This document shows, one piece after another, positions 1 to 9,929 of a DNA stretch of 64,000 nt. The translations under genes and the position numbers were made by a program. Below the pieces are notes generated by a model. The model saw only the letters and a program-made list of their open reading frames with translations. It was not told where the DNA came from and did no database searches. Source of the DNA: a virus. Its lineage: Duplodnaviria; Caudoviricetes. The stretch is from positions 4,390-68,389 of the IMG/VR virus record IMGVR_UViG_2974622993_000001. The stretch is one strand, 5' to 3'. Position 1 is the stretch's first letter. Every line of letters starts with the position of its first letter.

Positions 1-196
1 TTCTTTAGCCACTCCTTTTGATAACCCCTGGTCCTGAATTTCCTTACCTTGCTGCAATGTTTGCAACTCCGGTATCCATCGCGAGTGATTTCGTTTATGT
101 ATTCCCATCGGTCACGCGGCCACCAATCTCCCCATTCGTGAATTCCCAAGCGGCACTGGGCTTTTGGTGAAAGCCTACGAATGAATGGTGGACAAA

Positions 197-517
197 TCAT
201 TGCGGGTTCCTGGGGACGTTGTATCCGTCAATGGCTTCCACTTCGTCCATGTACTTGTCCATCTTCCGACCCATATCCTCTTGTGTGCCATCGTATTCGA
301 TGATAACAATACTGCCAACAAGTTCTTTCGAATGGATATCGTCTTGAAGATACCCGGCCGCGAAATCGTCTTTCCTCATCACCCAGAGAATGTTAAGGGT
401 TCCATTAGCAATTTCTTCGGTGCTTTTAATGCCCTCTTCTAGGGTGCTGTCCACGTAATCTTGTACCGGCTTGTCTGTTCCGTAAACTGTTGGTAGACAG
501 TGACTTACGACGATCAT
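197..517 (-). CDS. hypothetical protein
   Basis: Acidic ORF; ATG at 517 overlaps the stop of the upstream gene (TAATG coupling). Confidence 0.6.
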   Translation of the reverse strand: MIVVSHCLPTVYGTDKPVQDYVDSTLEEGIKSTEEIANGTLNILWVMRKDDFAAGYLQDDIHSKELVGSIVIIEYDGTQEDMGRKMDKYMDEVEAIDGYNVPRNPQ

Positions 518-744
518 TACCTTCTCCCTTCCGAGCAATCCATTTTATGGCGAATATGGCCGGTCCATCTTTCGGCAACCATGCATTCGTTGCAGCACTT
601 TCGCATTGGGCCAACGTATGAGACCAATTCAATCCAGGTCATGTCGCCCATATCGGTATCGGATTCTTCTGCGTGCCAAAGACATTCGTCATTGTTTCTA
701 TCGCCAAACCATATGCGGTCATGGCGGTCTCGGTATGTGTCCAC
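517..744 (-). CDS. hypothetical protein
   Basis: ORF 517..771; likely GTG start at 744 after AAGGGAG. Confidence 0.5.
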   Translation of the reverse strand: MDTYRDRHDRIWFGDRNNDECLWHAEESDTDMGDMTWIELVSYVGPMRKCCNECMVAERWTGHIRHKMDCSEGRR

Positions 745-832
745 TAGGCTCCCTTTCCGTGTGCCCCCCATGCTATCATCGTGTGAGCCGTTGGGCTACA
801 CTGAGATTCACTGACAAGTGAAAGGAATTTAC

Positions 833-1066
833 ATGGCCAAGGACAAGGTTAAAAAGCTAAAGAAAAAGGTGCTCATCCAGGAGATGAGGATCGGCCAGAT
901 GGGTAGGGAGCTTGACGAATTGCGTTCGCGCATAGCCAAGTTGGAGCACAAGCAGAATCCGTGGAATCCGTACACCATCCACTTTGACGCCAACACTGAC
1001 TTTGCTTCCCTTGCAACAGATTTGGGCAAACGGGCAGCAAAGCAAATGATGAGAAGTGCCCGGTGA
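833..1066 (+). CDS. hypothetical coiled-coil protein
   Basis: AAAGGAA SD before ATG 833; GTGA overlap with next gene. Confidence 0.6.
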   Translation: MAKDKVKKLKKKVLIQEMRIGQMGRELDELRSRIAKLEHKQNPWNPYTIHFDANTDFASLATDLGKRAAKQMMRSAR

Positions 1067-1305
1067 CAGAGGCGGAAATCCTTGCGGCACTGTGTGATCC
1101 ACCTGATGGAACCTATTGGATCACTTCAATTAACGTTGCGCGTGAGACGCTAGATGCTGCTCTAACGTCCGAAAGTGGTTCTCTGCCTTGTGGGTACCTG
1201 AGTGTCCCGCAATCGTCAGAGAATCCAACTCAGCGCCTTTATGAGGCATCTGAGCGTTGCGTGGCCACGTACAATGCGTGGATGAATGGAAGTATCGGAC
1301 CGTGA
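1063..1305 (+). CDS. hypothetical protein
   Basis: 4-bp overlaps with both neighbours. Confidence 0.6.
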   Translation: MTEAEILAALCDPPDGTYWITSINVARETLDAALTSESGSLPCGYLSVPQSSENPTQRLYEASERCVATYNAWMNGSIGP

Positions 1306-1541
1306 CTTGGTTTGGCGAAATGTTTCATAGCACAGAAACCCAATTAACAGACTGGTCAGACCAGAGCACTGCAATTAGGTACTACGGCAACATGTTTGGA
1401 TACACGAAAGTCTTTCACGTTCAAACCGTGCAATGGTGGGAAGACCAGGCAGACAGGATAGCTCAGCGTCTTGGTTTGCCTGTAAAAGAAAAGGAAGAAT
1501 TCCCAGAGTGGGATAACGAGGGAGGAAAGAATGGGTTTTAA
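1302..1541 (+). CDS. hypothetical protein
   Basis: GTG at 1302 overlaps the upstream TGA. Confidence 0.55.
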   Translation: MTWFGEMFHSTETQLTDWSDQSTAIRYYGNMFGYTKVFHVQTVQWWEDQADRIAQRLGLPVKEKEEFPEWDNEGGKNGF

Positions 1542-1998
1542 GAATTGGTGGAATAAGAATGTCGTTGGGACACAGGACGTTACAGTCGACGGTCCCATTG
1601 TGGTTGGTGATGACTCATTTGCTTGTGGTGATCCCGAATGCTGGTGTGAGCCACCAGAAGATGACGCACAGGATCGCCTAGAACGGAATCCCCATGCAGT
1701 AGAAGCGATTCGGGAAGGCGATAAGGATTTGGAGAATGGCGATGTGGTCAAGCTCCACCATGATGCAGATGCTGAAACTTGGTCTCTTGCAGATGATTAC
1801 GCACTGAATCCGCCAACCCGCGATGAGCTTGCCGGTCCGATTGACCTGTACCCTAACCAGATTGGCGGCGCGGTCGTAACAGTAAACGGCAGAACGGTTT
1901 TCAACTCTGAGAAGCGAAAGCGCAAGGCAGACGTAACTATTCAGTTCGATCCCGACAAGGGGCTTGTGACACTTGATATCACCGAACTGACAGACTGA
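1531..1998 (+). CDS. hypothetical protein
   Basis: 155-aa ORF with GGAGGAAAG SD, followed by a terminator. Confidence 0.7.
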   Translation: MGFKNWWNKNVVGTQDVTVDGPIVVGDDSFACGDPECWCEPPEDDAQDRLERNPHAVEAIREGDKDLENGDVVKLHHDADAETWSLADDYALNPPTRDELAGPIDLYPNQIGGAVVTVNGRTVFNSEKRKRKADVTIQFDPDKGLVTLDITELTD

Positions 1999-2008
1999 CA
2001 CTCAAAAG

Positions 2009-2044
2009 CTAAACCCCCCAACCACTTTCGGAAGGGGGGTTTAG
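2009..2044. terminator. bidirectional intrinsic terminator
   Basis: CTAAACCCCCC/GGGGGGTTTAG 11-bp stem between convergent genes. Confidence 0.7.
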
Positions 2045-2056
2045 TCTTGGGCCGGG

Positions 2057-2881
2057 TCAGTATCCCCAACGGGAGTACTTGTGGTAGTCCTCTAGAGCGG
2101 ACTTGATTTCCTTACGGATTTCGTGAACGGAATAACCTTTCTTTATCGCCCTTGTGATATCAATTGACGACAGTCCGGTATCCTTGGCTAGGGCTATTAC
2201 CTCCTTCTCACTGATTCCGTATTCCTCTTCGAATGCGCTTTTCTTTGGCTTCTCGATTGCTGGTTTCGGCTCTCCTGGAACACATTTGCCCTTGCCATGC
2301 TTACCCCGATGAGCATAGGGGCAATAGGTTTCACCGCACGAATGGCATTCGGAGAAATGGGATTCGGACACATGGCCACTAGTACAATCGTTGCACTCTA
2401 ACGGATATGCCTTCAAGTCCTGGAAAGAACGGTAACCCTCAATCTCGCTACGCCTGTCCGCAGGAATCTTTTCCTTGATTGACTTGTCAAGCGCCTCAAC
2501 CATTTCCATGTACATGTCCTTGGATGGGCCATCCTCCATGGCATAGCCATCCTTGAAAAGCAATTGCATTTGCTCCGCTTGGTCTTTTGCTTCTGCCTCA
2601 ATGGCTTCCACTGAACCTAGGGATGGCGCAAGGAAATTCGTGACCATGTCACTCGTAATCATCTTGCCGACGCCCCAAATCACAGAGCCAACAAGGAACA
2701 ATGGGAAGAACACTGTAATCGCAAGTGCCCAAGCAAGAACCGATCCCGGCTTGGTTTTCGGAAGCTTGCCAGTTTCCTTGTATTCCTTTAGGTCACTCTT
2801 TTTTGCGTCCCAACGTGCGAACCAAAGGGAGAACAGAAATGCTCCACCCTCTGCGAGCAGAAGCCAAGTCCACCAATCCAT
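2057..2881 (-). CDS. membrane protein with C-terminal Cys/His-rich region
   Basis: Two N-terminal hydrophobic segments; CNDC/CHSC/CPYAH motifs. Confidence 0.7.
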   Translation of the reverse strand: MDWWTWLLLAEGGAFLFSLWFARWDAKKSDLKEYKETGKLPKTKPGSVLAWALAITVFFPLFLVGSVIWGVGKMITSDMVTNFLAPSLGSVEAIEAEAKDQAEQMQLLFKDGYAMEDGPSKDMYMEMVEALDKSIKEKIPADRRSEIEGYRSFQDLKAYPLECNDCTSGHVSESHFSECHSCGETYCPYAHRGKHGKGKCVPGEPKPAIEKPKKSAFEEEYGISEKEVIALAKDTGLSSIDITRAIKKGYSVHEIRKEIKSALEDYHKYSRWGY

Positions 2882-2882
2882 T

Positions 2883-3029
2883 TCACTTTCCCGCTTTCTT
2901 CTCCGCCTGATTCTTCATGGCCTGCACCGAGTATGCCGTTAGGCGATTGCCTCCAAAGTCATATCCGAGATAGATAGCCAAAAGGAATGCTAGATACAGG
3001 GTGAGTGCCACCCAATCAATTGGGTCCAT
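2883..3029 (-). CDS. small membrane protein
   Basis: MDPIDWVALTLYLAFLLAIYLGY transmembrane segment. Confidence 0.5.
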   Translation of the reverse strand: MDPIDWVALTLYLAFLLAIYLGYDFGGNRLTAYSVQAMKNQAEKKAGK

Positions 3030-3285
3030 TGTGTTGCTCCGTTGTTGTTTGTTGCGGTTGTTCTGAACCGTATGTGCCGGAATAGAATCCGACACAGGTA
3101 AGGCACCCGACGATGAGGACTAGGGCTACGGCATAGCCCAATAGCAAAGGCTTGCCCAATTCTTCCCATTCGTCCATGTCGATGACCATTAGGGTGAAGA
3201 TCATTGCGGCCAAGAGAAGAATTACACCCAAAACCCCTAGGCTCCATCCGCCTACCAATAGCGGTAGTTCCCAGCTGAAAGTCAT
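3016..3285 (-). CDS. membrane protein
   Basis: Two transmembrane segments; coupled to neighbours. Confidence 0.6.
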   Translation of the reverse strand: MTFSWELPLLVGGWSLGVLGVILLLAAMIFTLMVIDMDEWEELGKPLLLGYAVALVLIVGCLTCVGFYSGTYGSEQPQQTTTEQHNGPN

Positions 3286-3551
3286 TCCAGGATACCGTCT
3301 TTCGCAAGCGAATGGTAAATCTCATCGGCTAGTTCCATGATCATTGGATCAATGACGCCGTTCTCCCAATTCCGCGTGTGATGCTCTAATCCCTTTTCGA
3401 CAATTCGAAGAGATGCGCTAATGGGGCACCATTCGGGATTCTCGCAATTGTCTTTGTGATTCACCACATCATGCCCATCAATCTCGAATCGAGAGAGATT
3501 GGACTGAGCCATGTGGATAATCGTTCGTGCGCCTTGCTCTGCTGTAATCAT
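3282..3551 (-). CDS. hypothetical protein
   Basis: AAGGGAG SD before MITAEQ. Confidence 0.55.
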   Translation of the reverse strand: MITAEQGARTIIHMAQSNLSRFEIDGHDVVNHKDNCENPEWCPISASLRIVEKGLEHHTRNWENGVIDPMIMELADEIYHSLAKDGILE

Positions 3552-3618
3552 TTGTCTCCCTTGTGAAAGTGGGGCAGGACCTAGACTACCAGCCCTGCCC
3601 CACAATCCAATTCAGTTG

Positions 3619-3981
3619 TTAGTCAGCGTGATTCGCCCCGACGTACCCGTTGCTTATAAGGGGTTGCCCCACAAGCCCTTTGGCGTGGTCCTCCGTGGGC
3701 CACCAATCGTCGGCAACAGCCTCAACGACCTTGTCCCGGTTCACTTCTCGTAGAAGTGCAACCTCACCCTTTAGCTCGTGAATGCGAGTAGACATACGTC
3801 CACGTTCCTTGTTGGCATGTTTCAGAGACCAACGAAGGTGACGAACTGTATGCGACTCACGTTCCGCGCGTGCGTCTTCCAGAACGTCTAGGACCGCTTG
3901 TGCTAGCTCCACTTCATTGAGACCATCGTTCAGTCCCTCAGAGAGGACACCAGCAATGAGGTACTTACTTACATCTTTCAT
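3619..3981 (-). CDS. hypothetical coiled-coil protein
   Basis: ATGA overlap with the lsr2 stop. Confidence 0.55.
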   Translation of the reverse strand: MKDVSKYLIAGVLSEGLNDGLNEVELAQAVLDVLEDARAERESHTVRHLRWSLKHANKERGRMSTRIHELKGEVALLREVNRDKVVEAVADDWWPTEDHAKGLVGQPLISNGYVGANHAD

Positions 3982-4319
3982 TTCTGCGTTGCCTTTCGCC
4001 ATTGTTCGAGAACTGCATTGCTGACCACGCCACGAGAAGAAACGGGAATCCCGTTCTCCCTGGCCCACTTTCGTGCCTGAGTGTTCTCAGCCGTGGTTGC
4101 GCGCGGGTTGAATTGTTTCTTTGTTCGGCTGGTCGATGACCCTGCTTTGAGCCACGGTTCCATTGTTTCCTTTAGAAGCCGATAACTCTCCTCCGACAAA
4201 TCAAGTGCCCGCTTCCTTCCCCCGAAGGCAACAGTCACCTGTTTCAGTTCCTCTTCCGGGACAACAGCATTCGTGAAATCATCCACGTACTGTGTCTGAG
4301 TGATTAGTTTCTTTGCCAT
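3978..4319 (-). CDS. lsr2: Lsr2-like nucleoid/DNA-bridging protein
   Basis: N-terminal MAKK..YVDD..LDLSEE dimerisation region; C-terminal ARKWARENGIPVSSRGVV DNA-binding motif. Confidence 0.9.
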   Translation of the reverse strand: MAKKLITQTQYVDDFTNAVVPEEELKQVTVAFGGRKRALDLSEESYRLLKETMEPWLKAGSSTSRTKKQFNPRATTAENTQARKWARENGIPVSSRGVVSNAVLEQWRKATQK

Positions 4320-4332
4320 TCCTTTTCCTTAT

Positions 4333-4956
4333 TCAGTAGCCGTGGGCACCATTGAGGTACCCGTTAAGGCCATTAAATGCTGCACCTGGATCACGATGCA
4401 GCGGCCTTGGTGACCAGCATACGCCATCATTCCGGTGGCAAACTTCATTGACCGGAATGCGCCCCCAACGGTGAGGACCCCAGAACGTGTAGAACGGAAG
4501 ATTAGGCAGGCCAACGGTTTCGATGCCACCGAACCCTGCATTACCTGGATTACGGGGATTCCCGTAGAACCATGCAGCAGAATTGTAATTCATTCTTCCG
4601 TCTGTCTGCCACCAATCCAAAACGGTACTAGCAGCACTGGCACCCAATGAAATTGCGTACACTTCGATCCTCGTGCCCGGACAGCGCGCTCTCATGGCGT
4701 GCCCCTCACGATTCAACTTGTCTCGCGCCACAATTCGCGAATGATCACCCTGGAACACATCTGCTGGATAGGTGATGTTCATTCGGTTTGCGCGATTCCC
4801 TGGAACTCCTGTACTCCCTGAATCTCCGTTTCCCCCAACGGCATAACGCTGTACGACGGGACATGGTGCGGCACTTGCTGTTCCGACACCGACAATCATC
4901 AAGCCCGACGCTACGATCATAGCGAGCGCGATGAGATAGGTTGTCACTCTTTGCAT
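4333..4956 (-). CDS. secreted cutinase/PE-PPE-like serine esterase
   Basis: Signal peptide ending ASA|AP; CPGTRI..AISLG nucleophile elbow; YGNP; CHRNDGVC; C-terminal AH. Confidence 0.75.
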   Translation of the reverse strand: MQRVTTYLIALAMIVASGLMIVGVGTASAAPCPVVQRYAVGGNGDSGSTGVPGNRANRMNITYPADVFQGDHSRIVARDKLNREGHAMRARCPGTRIEVYAISLGASAASTVLDWWQTDGRMNYNSAAWFYGNPRNPGNAGFGGIETVGLPNLPFYTFWGPHRWGRIPVNEVCHRNDGVCWSPRPLHRDPGAAFNGLNGYLNGAHGY

Positions 4957-4994
4957 TTGAACCTTCTTAGAACATTGTGATTGGGACGCTCTCC

Positions 4995-5324
4995 TTAATT
5001 ACCATCTGCTCTCTTGGTTTCCTCCTTCGCTAATGCGCGATACTGATCGATGACCTCTTGCGCTGCCCGGCCTTTCGTGTCATTCCATGCGGGTACAGAA
5101 TGAAAGTCTGGGTCTATACCTTTGGTGACCTTTAGGTAAACCCTAGGATAGTGATTGAGGTATTTGTCGCCATACATTTCGCCAGCGGCAACTTCCAAAG
5201 CGCCTAGCGCGCAATGGTTTCCAGCCTCATTGTGTGCCTCGTGTTGACACCAGCCATCCCTTTCCAGAATGTCTGCCGCCTTATCGAATAGCTCAGCATC
5301 ATTCGGCATAGGTTGTTTAGTCAT
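4995..5324 (-). CDS. DUF6197-like phage protein
   Basis: AAD.LE..GWCQ...C.LGA...WND...R..QEV pattern; paralog at 48900. Confidence 0.65.
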   Translation of the reverse strand: MTKQPMPNDAELFDKAADILERDGWCQHEAHNEAGNHCALGALEVAAGEMYGDKYLNHYPRVYLKVTKGIDPDFHSVPAWNDTKGRAAQEVIDQYRALAKEETKRADGN

Positions 5325-5670
5325 TCCAATCCTCCATTAGGTATTCTTCAATCAATTCTTGAACTGCATCCTTGTCCGGTTCTTCGGAAGAGATAACCAC
5401 AATGGCCGCAACGTATTTCACGTCCGACAGGTCTGCCTCAATGCCGAACCCTACGAGGCCATCCACCGGGAAGTCGCGCCAAATGAATTCATATTCTCCG
5501 TCGTCATCCTCTGGAAGGTCTTCTGCCGGAACACTATCGATCAATTGCACGATAGCGTCCTTGGCCTCTTCGCGGGTCTCAAAATCCCCGTAGACAACAT
5601 CTACGTCTACACGGAACATGTCCCCCTTGTGAATCTCCCCCTGAATGTCTTCCTCATGAGGGGTAATCAT
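5317..5670 (-). CDS. acidic hypothetical protein
   Basis: Likely start MITPHEED; overlaps neighbours. Confidence 0.6.
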   Translation of the reverse strand: MITPHEEDIQGEIHKGDMFRVDVDVVYGDFETREEAKDAIVQLIDSVPAEDLPEDDDGEYEFIWRDFPVDGLVGFGIEADLSDVKYVAAIVVISSEEPDKDAVQELIEEYLMEDWND

Positions 5671-5866
5671 TGTCGCACGGTATTCCACTTTGTCCGCCTT
5701 TCTCTGCGTATTTGATTTGCTTTTCAACGTGTGTCGCGAAAAGCCATTCAGTGTCCACCCACGTATCGCCTGAATACGTTGCACTGCAACGACATTGGAT
5801 AAAGGTCTTTCCATCCTCGTTGGTGTATCTACGCCTTTCCATATGGCGGATGATTGCCTGAATCAC
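5654..5866 (-). CDS. hypothetical protein (CxC..H motif)
   Basis: 70-aa ORF with ATGA coupling. Confidence 0.55.
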   Translation of the reverse strand: MIQAIIRHMERRRYTNEDGKTFIQCRCSATYSGDTWVDTEWLFATHVEKQIKYAEKGGQSGIPCDNDYPS

Positions 5867-6090
5867 GCCTTCTGATCCCGAATCTCGGTAAGCTCAGCGA
5901 CCAAATCGTTTAACGCCTTGGGGGACAAGTCAATCCAAGACGTACCCTGTTGCAATCGGGTATGCAATGCGCGCCTTTTATTGGGCGAAATGACAATCGG
6001 CAATACATCGTCGTCAATAATTACTTTGCCTTCGTTAGCCACAATTGTAATTCCTTTCCACCTTTTTGGGTTTGGTGTCTCTGCCTGCAC
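5863..6090 (-). CDS. hypothetical protein
   Basis: ORF 5863..6171; start uncertain. Confidence 0.45.
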   Translation of the reverse strand: MQAETPNPKRWKGITIVANEGKVIIDDDVLPIVISPNKRRALHTRLQQGTSWIDLSPKALNDLVAELTEIRDQKA

Positions 6091-6126
6091 CTTACTCGCC
6101 CACACCACTAGCTGCAAGGGGTCGAA

Positions 6127-6375
6127 ATGACTGACGAACCAACCTCTTTGGAGGAGGCACTTAACAATCAAAATAGGGTTACGCTCCTACGTGCTTTGCG
6201 CGCTGAGCTGATCCGGAAGCTAGCCCTAAGTGGCCCACGGGACATTGCTTCTATTTCTCGCGAACTCCGAGAGATTGAAGGTGAGCTATCCCGATTCGAC
6301 AATGTAACCCAGGAAGAAACCCCCCTAGATGAATTCACTAAACGACTTAACGAAAAGAGGGGTACAGGAACCTAG
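6127..6375 (+). CDS. terS: terminase small subunit
   Basis: Short helical protein (RDIASISRELREI..LDEFTKR) overlapping terL, typical of actinophages. Confidence 0.7.
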   Translation: MTDEPTSLEEALNNQNRVTLLRALRAELIRKLALSGPRDIASISRELREIEGELSRFDNVTQEETPLDEFTKRLNEKRGTGT

Positions 6376-7792
6376 AATCCGAATCATGCCCGATGAGTAC
6401 GTAGTTGACTCATACGGAGATGAAGCTGCTTTCCTAGTAAGCAAATACGGACTAACCCCTGACCCTTGGCAAAAGATTGTCCTAGATGACTGGCTTGCCT
6501 ACCGGGCAGATATGAAGTGGGCTGCATCCCGTTGTGGCCTAAGTGTTCCCAGACAGAACGGTAAGAATGGTTTGCTCGAAATGAGAGAGCTATTCGGACT
6601 CGTAGGTCTAGGCGAAAAGATTCTTCACACTTCACATCTGGTCGCGACGAACCGCAAAGCCTTTGTGCGCCTTGCCTCTTTCTTCGAGAACGAACGAAAG
6701 TATCCGGAACTTGCCGCGTTGCTTGATCCACAGAAAGGCATTCGACGCACTAACGGACAGGAAGCCATCTTTCTAACGAACGGGGCATCGATTGAATTCG
6801 TTGCCCGATCCCGTTCTAGCGCACGAGGATTCACGATTGACCTCGTGGTTATGGATGAGGCACAGGAAATGGATGATGACCATCTAGAAGCACTGCTGCC
6901 TACCACCGCTGCTGCACCCCTACAGAATCGCCAATTGATTTGGACTGGAACGCCTCCCGATCCGGAATTACTGGAAAAGGAAATCGATGTGTTCCTGCGT
7001 CAGCGTGATGCATCTCTGAATATGAATGAAAGGCGTTGCTGGCACGAATGGCATTTTCCCGATGACATGGACTACGGGGAACTCGAAACCTGGTGCTACG
7101 CAAACCCTGCCGCTGGCATTCGCCTTGGTCTAGAGGAGATTGCAGAAGACTACGACACCATGAGTGAAGAGGGTTTCGCTCGTGAACGTGGTGGCATTTG
7201 GGGTGACCCCGCTAATCAGCGGATCATTCCAATTGACGTGTGGCGCAACTGCTTTGAACTTAGACGTGACGATGGTGGCGAAATGTCCATCGCTGTTGAT
7301 ATGTCTCAGGACCGCCAATGGACTTCTCTCGTAAGCGTTTCCACTGCTGAGGGTATCCCCACGATGGACTTGGTCGATTATCGTTCTGGCCCACCGGAAT
7401 GGGTTTGCCCCCGAATCCTAGAGGCGTGCAGACGATTTGACGTTCGATGTGTTGTTATCGATGGTGCGTCTACGGCAGCGGCACTCATTGAACCGTTGCG
7501 TTCCAGTGGAATTGAGGTAACGGTCACCAGCGCTCAGCACATGAAACGTGCGGCTGGAATGTTCCTTGATGGCCTGTACAGCAAGAAACTATTACACATT
7601 AATCAGCCTAGTCTAACTACCGCAACGGAATACGTACGTAAGCGAAAGCTTGATGACGGTTTCGCTTGGAGACGCAAAGATAATCAGTCGGACATTAGCC
7701 CGGTTGTTGCTGCGACACTTGCCTATTGGGGTTTGCTGTCGCCAGATGTTAAGCGTCCCATTAAGCGTAGGGGACAGGCTACTTTCGTTTAA
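6329..7792 (+). CDS. terL: terminase large subunit
   Basis: VPRQNGKN Walker A, VVMDEAQ Walker B, IAVDMS nuclease motif. Confidence 0.95.
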   Translation: MNSLNDLTKRGVQEPRIRIMPDEYVVDSYGDEAAFLVSKYGLTPDPWQKIVLDDWLAYRADMKWAASRCGLSVPRQNGKNGLLEMRELFGLVGLGEKILHTSHLVATNRKAFVRLASFFENERKYPELAALLDPQKGIRRTNGQEAIFLTNGASIEFVARSRSSARGFTIDLVVMDEAQEMDDDHLEALLPTTAAAPLQNRQLIWTGTPPDPELLEKEIDVFLRQRDASLNMNERRCWHEWHFPDDMDYGELETWCYANPAAGIRLGLEEIAEDYDTMSEEGFARERGGIWGDPANQRIIPIDVWRNCFELRRDDGGEMSIAVDMSQDRQWTSLVSVSTAEGIPTMDLVDYRSGPPEWVCPRILEACRRFDVRCVVIDGASTAAALIEPLRSSGIEVTVTSAQHMKRAAGMFLDGLYSKKLLHINQPSLTTATEYVRKRKLDDGFAWRRKDNQSDISPVVAATLAYWGLLSPDVKRPIKRRGQATFV

Positions 7793-7800
7793 GGATAAAC

Positions 7801-9207
7801 ATGGATGATAATACGGTCTCTGACCTGTGGCAGGCATACATGGATGACCTCGAACGCTTCGATAAAATCTATGACTATGTTCATGAATTGCGTGGTCTCC
7901 CAAGCCTTCCCGAGAATGCTGACGCTGAGATTCGTTCTATTCGGGACATGTGCTTTAAGAATGTTCTCATCCTTGTCCGCGATACGTTCGTCTCTAGCCT
8001 TTCTGTAGTTGGTTACAGCACAGCAAGTTCCGATGAGCAGAGCGAAGGTTGGGACCTTTGGCAGCAGAACAGCATGGATAGCAGGCAGTCCGAAATCTGG
8101 ACTCCCGCAATCACTTACGGAGCATCGTATGTCACCATGTTTGTGGAAGACGACAAGGTTATTTATAACCCCCGTTCTCCCCGTCAAATGGTTGCCGGAT
8201 ACGAAGACCCTCAGGCTGACCTATTCCCTCGTGAAGCTCTGGAGATTTGGCACGAGCGTGTCGGTTCGAAATGGGTTCGGAGAGGGGCACTTTGGGATGC
8301 CGAGAATGTAACCCCCCTGTATATGGGTGAGGCTACTAGTCTTTCGGATTTCGGCAAGCTTGGATATCGGGCAGACTCTGACGGTGCCCCTGTGCCACAT
8401 GGCTTTTCGATTGAAGGTGGGTATGCTCCCATCGTTCGATTCGTAAACCGTAGGGACAGTGAGGATCACGTAATGGGGGAACTTGAACCTCTGTTGCGTC
8501 CACAGCGTGCAATCAACGAAGTGAATTTCGATCGTCTTATCGTAAGTCGTTGGGGCGCTTTCCCTCAGAAGGTCATCACGGGCTGGTCTGGCAGTACCGC
8601 AGAAGTGCGCGCTGCTAGTGCCCGTAGGGTCTGGACGTTCTCTGATCCGGAGGTTAGCGCTTCTACCCTAGACGCTGCTGACGTTGGCCAGTACAACGAA
8701 CTTCTAAATGAAATGCTAAGGCACGTAGCGAGAACGGCGCAGATTTCCCCCGCTGTTGTTGCTGATGCTATTCAGAACATTTCAGCAGACGCTCTTGCTG
8801 CTGCCGAACGTGACCAAACTCGTAAGGTCGCCGCTATGCAGGAATCTTTCGGTGAGGCAGTCGAATTGATGCTTCGGGAATCCAATCGCGCTCTGAGCCG
8901 GGAGGTTTCAGAAGACGCCGAGGTTGTTTGGCGGGACAACGAAACACGTACTCTCGCAGGCACTGTAGATGCCATCGTGAAAATGACTACCGCTGGTGTC
9001 CCTATTGAGGATTTGCTTTTCATGATGCCGGGTATGACCCAGCAGAAGATTCAGGTTATCTCCGCAAAGGTCAAGGCGCAGAAGGCACTTGAACGCCAGC
9101 AACAGATGGCGCAATTGAATGCTACTCGTATGCGTTCCCCGGAAGCGGAACAGGCAACCCAGCAAGGAATCACCAGAGAGAATCCCGCACAACGTAATAC
9201 GGAGTAA
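7801..9207 (+). CDS. portal protein (SPP1 Gp6-like)
   Basis: Follows terL; LRPQRAINEVNFDRLIVSRWGAFPQKVITG, SADALAAAE motifs. Confidence 0.9.
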   Translation: MDDNTVSDLWQAYMDDLERFDKIYDYVHELRGLPSLPENADAEIRSIRDMCFKNVLILVRDTFVSSLSVVGYSTASSDEQSEGWDLWQQNSMDSRQSEIWTPAITYGASYVTMFVEDDKVIYNPRSPRQMVAGYEDPQADLFPREALEIWHERVGSKWVRRGALWDAENVTPLYMGEATSLSDFGKLGYRADSDGAPVPHGFSIEGGYAPIVRFVNRRDSEDHVMGELEPLLRPQRAINEVNFDRLIVSRWGAFPQKVITGWSGSTAEVRAASARRVWTFSDPEVSASTLDAADVGQYNELLNEMLRHVARTAQISPAVVADAIQNISADALAAAERDQTRKVAAMQESFGEAVELMLRESNRALSREVSEDAEVVWRDNETRTLAGTVDAIVKMTTAGVPIEDLLFMMPGMTQQKIQVISAKVKAQKALERQQQMAQLNATRMRSPEAEQATQQGITRENPAQRNTE

Positions 9208-9209
9208 CG

Positions 9210-9929
9210 ATGGCGACTATCGATGATCTAACGATTGTTGTTGATCCTTCGCTACTACGAGGTACTGTACGGATTGCAGACCTGGAACCCCTTGACATGC
9301 TTAGGGATTCACTTCAAGAGACCCTGAATATGGGGGTCGATGGGGTGGAACCTATCGCACAGCACATCTTGGAAAACCCTTCCGCCAAAAGCGATTTGGT
9401 TGACTACTCGATGTCTTACATGCCTGATGCTAATGGAATGTCCGCCACCCTGACCGGCGATACTCTAGAGCAAATCTCAGACGTGCAAGCGGTCTTGGCT
9501 CCGCAACCGATTAACCCTGCCGCCCTTGAAGTTTCGGCTACTTGGGCGGCAACAGGGGCTGACTTGCAGGACATTTTAAATCGTTTTGCGGAGATAGCCA
9601 TTAGAAACATCTGGCTGTCTTCGGATAACACTGTGTTCCAGAGTTTCCCTGAGGGGCAACGCTTTCGACGTTATGCATCAGCTAACGCTTGCGGGTTCTG
9701 TCAACTCATGGCGCTTCGTGGTGCTGTCTACTACAGTCGCGAATCTGCCGGTGAGAGAAGCCAATACCACAACAATTGTCGATGCTTGGTTATCCCTGAT
9801 TCCGTTGGGGTGCCCGACTATTACAACAAATGGAAAGATAGGTACGAGCGTTCCAAAGAGGCGCTTGGGCCTAAGCCTTCAAATACAGATGTTATTAACT
9901 TCATGCGTCGTGACACGAGGGCAGAATGA
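9210..9929 (+). CDS. MuF-like minor head / capsid maturation protein
   Basis: ANACGFC..MALRG and YHNNCRC motifs; position after portal. Confidence 0.75.
   Translation: MATIDDLTIVVDPSLLRGTVRIADLEPLDMLRDSLQETLNMGVDGVEPIAQHILENPSAKSDLVDYSMSYMPDANGMSATLTGDTLEQISDVQAVLAPQPINPAALEVSATWAATGADLQDILNRFAEIAIRNIWLSSDNTVFQSFPEGQRFRRYASANACGFCQLMALRGAVYYSRESAGERSQYHNNCRCLVIPDSVGVPDYYNKWKDRYERSKEALGPKPSNTDVINFMRRDTRAE

Noticed and set aside
1670-1760. NPHAVEAIREGDKDLENGDVV resembling a Phd/YefM antitoxin C-terminus
   Set aside because: Short similarity only; no N-terminal Phd domain and no adjacent toxin gene
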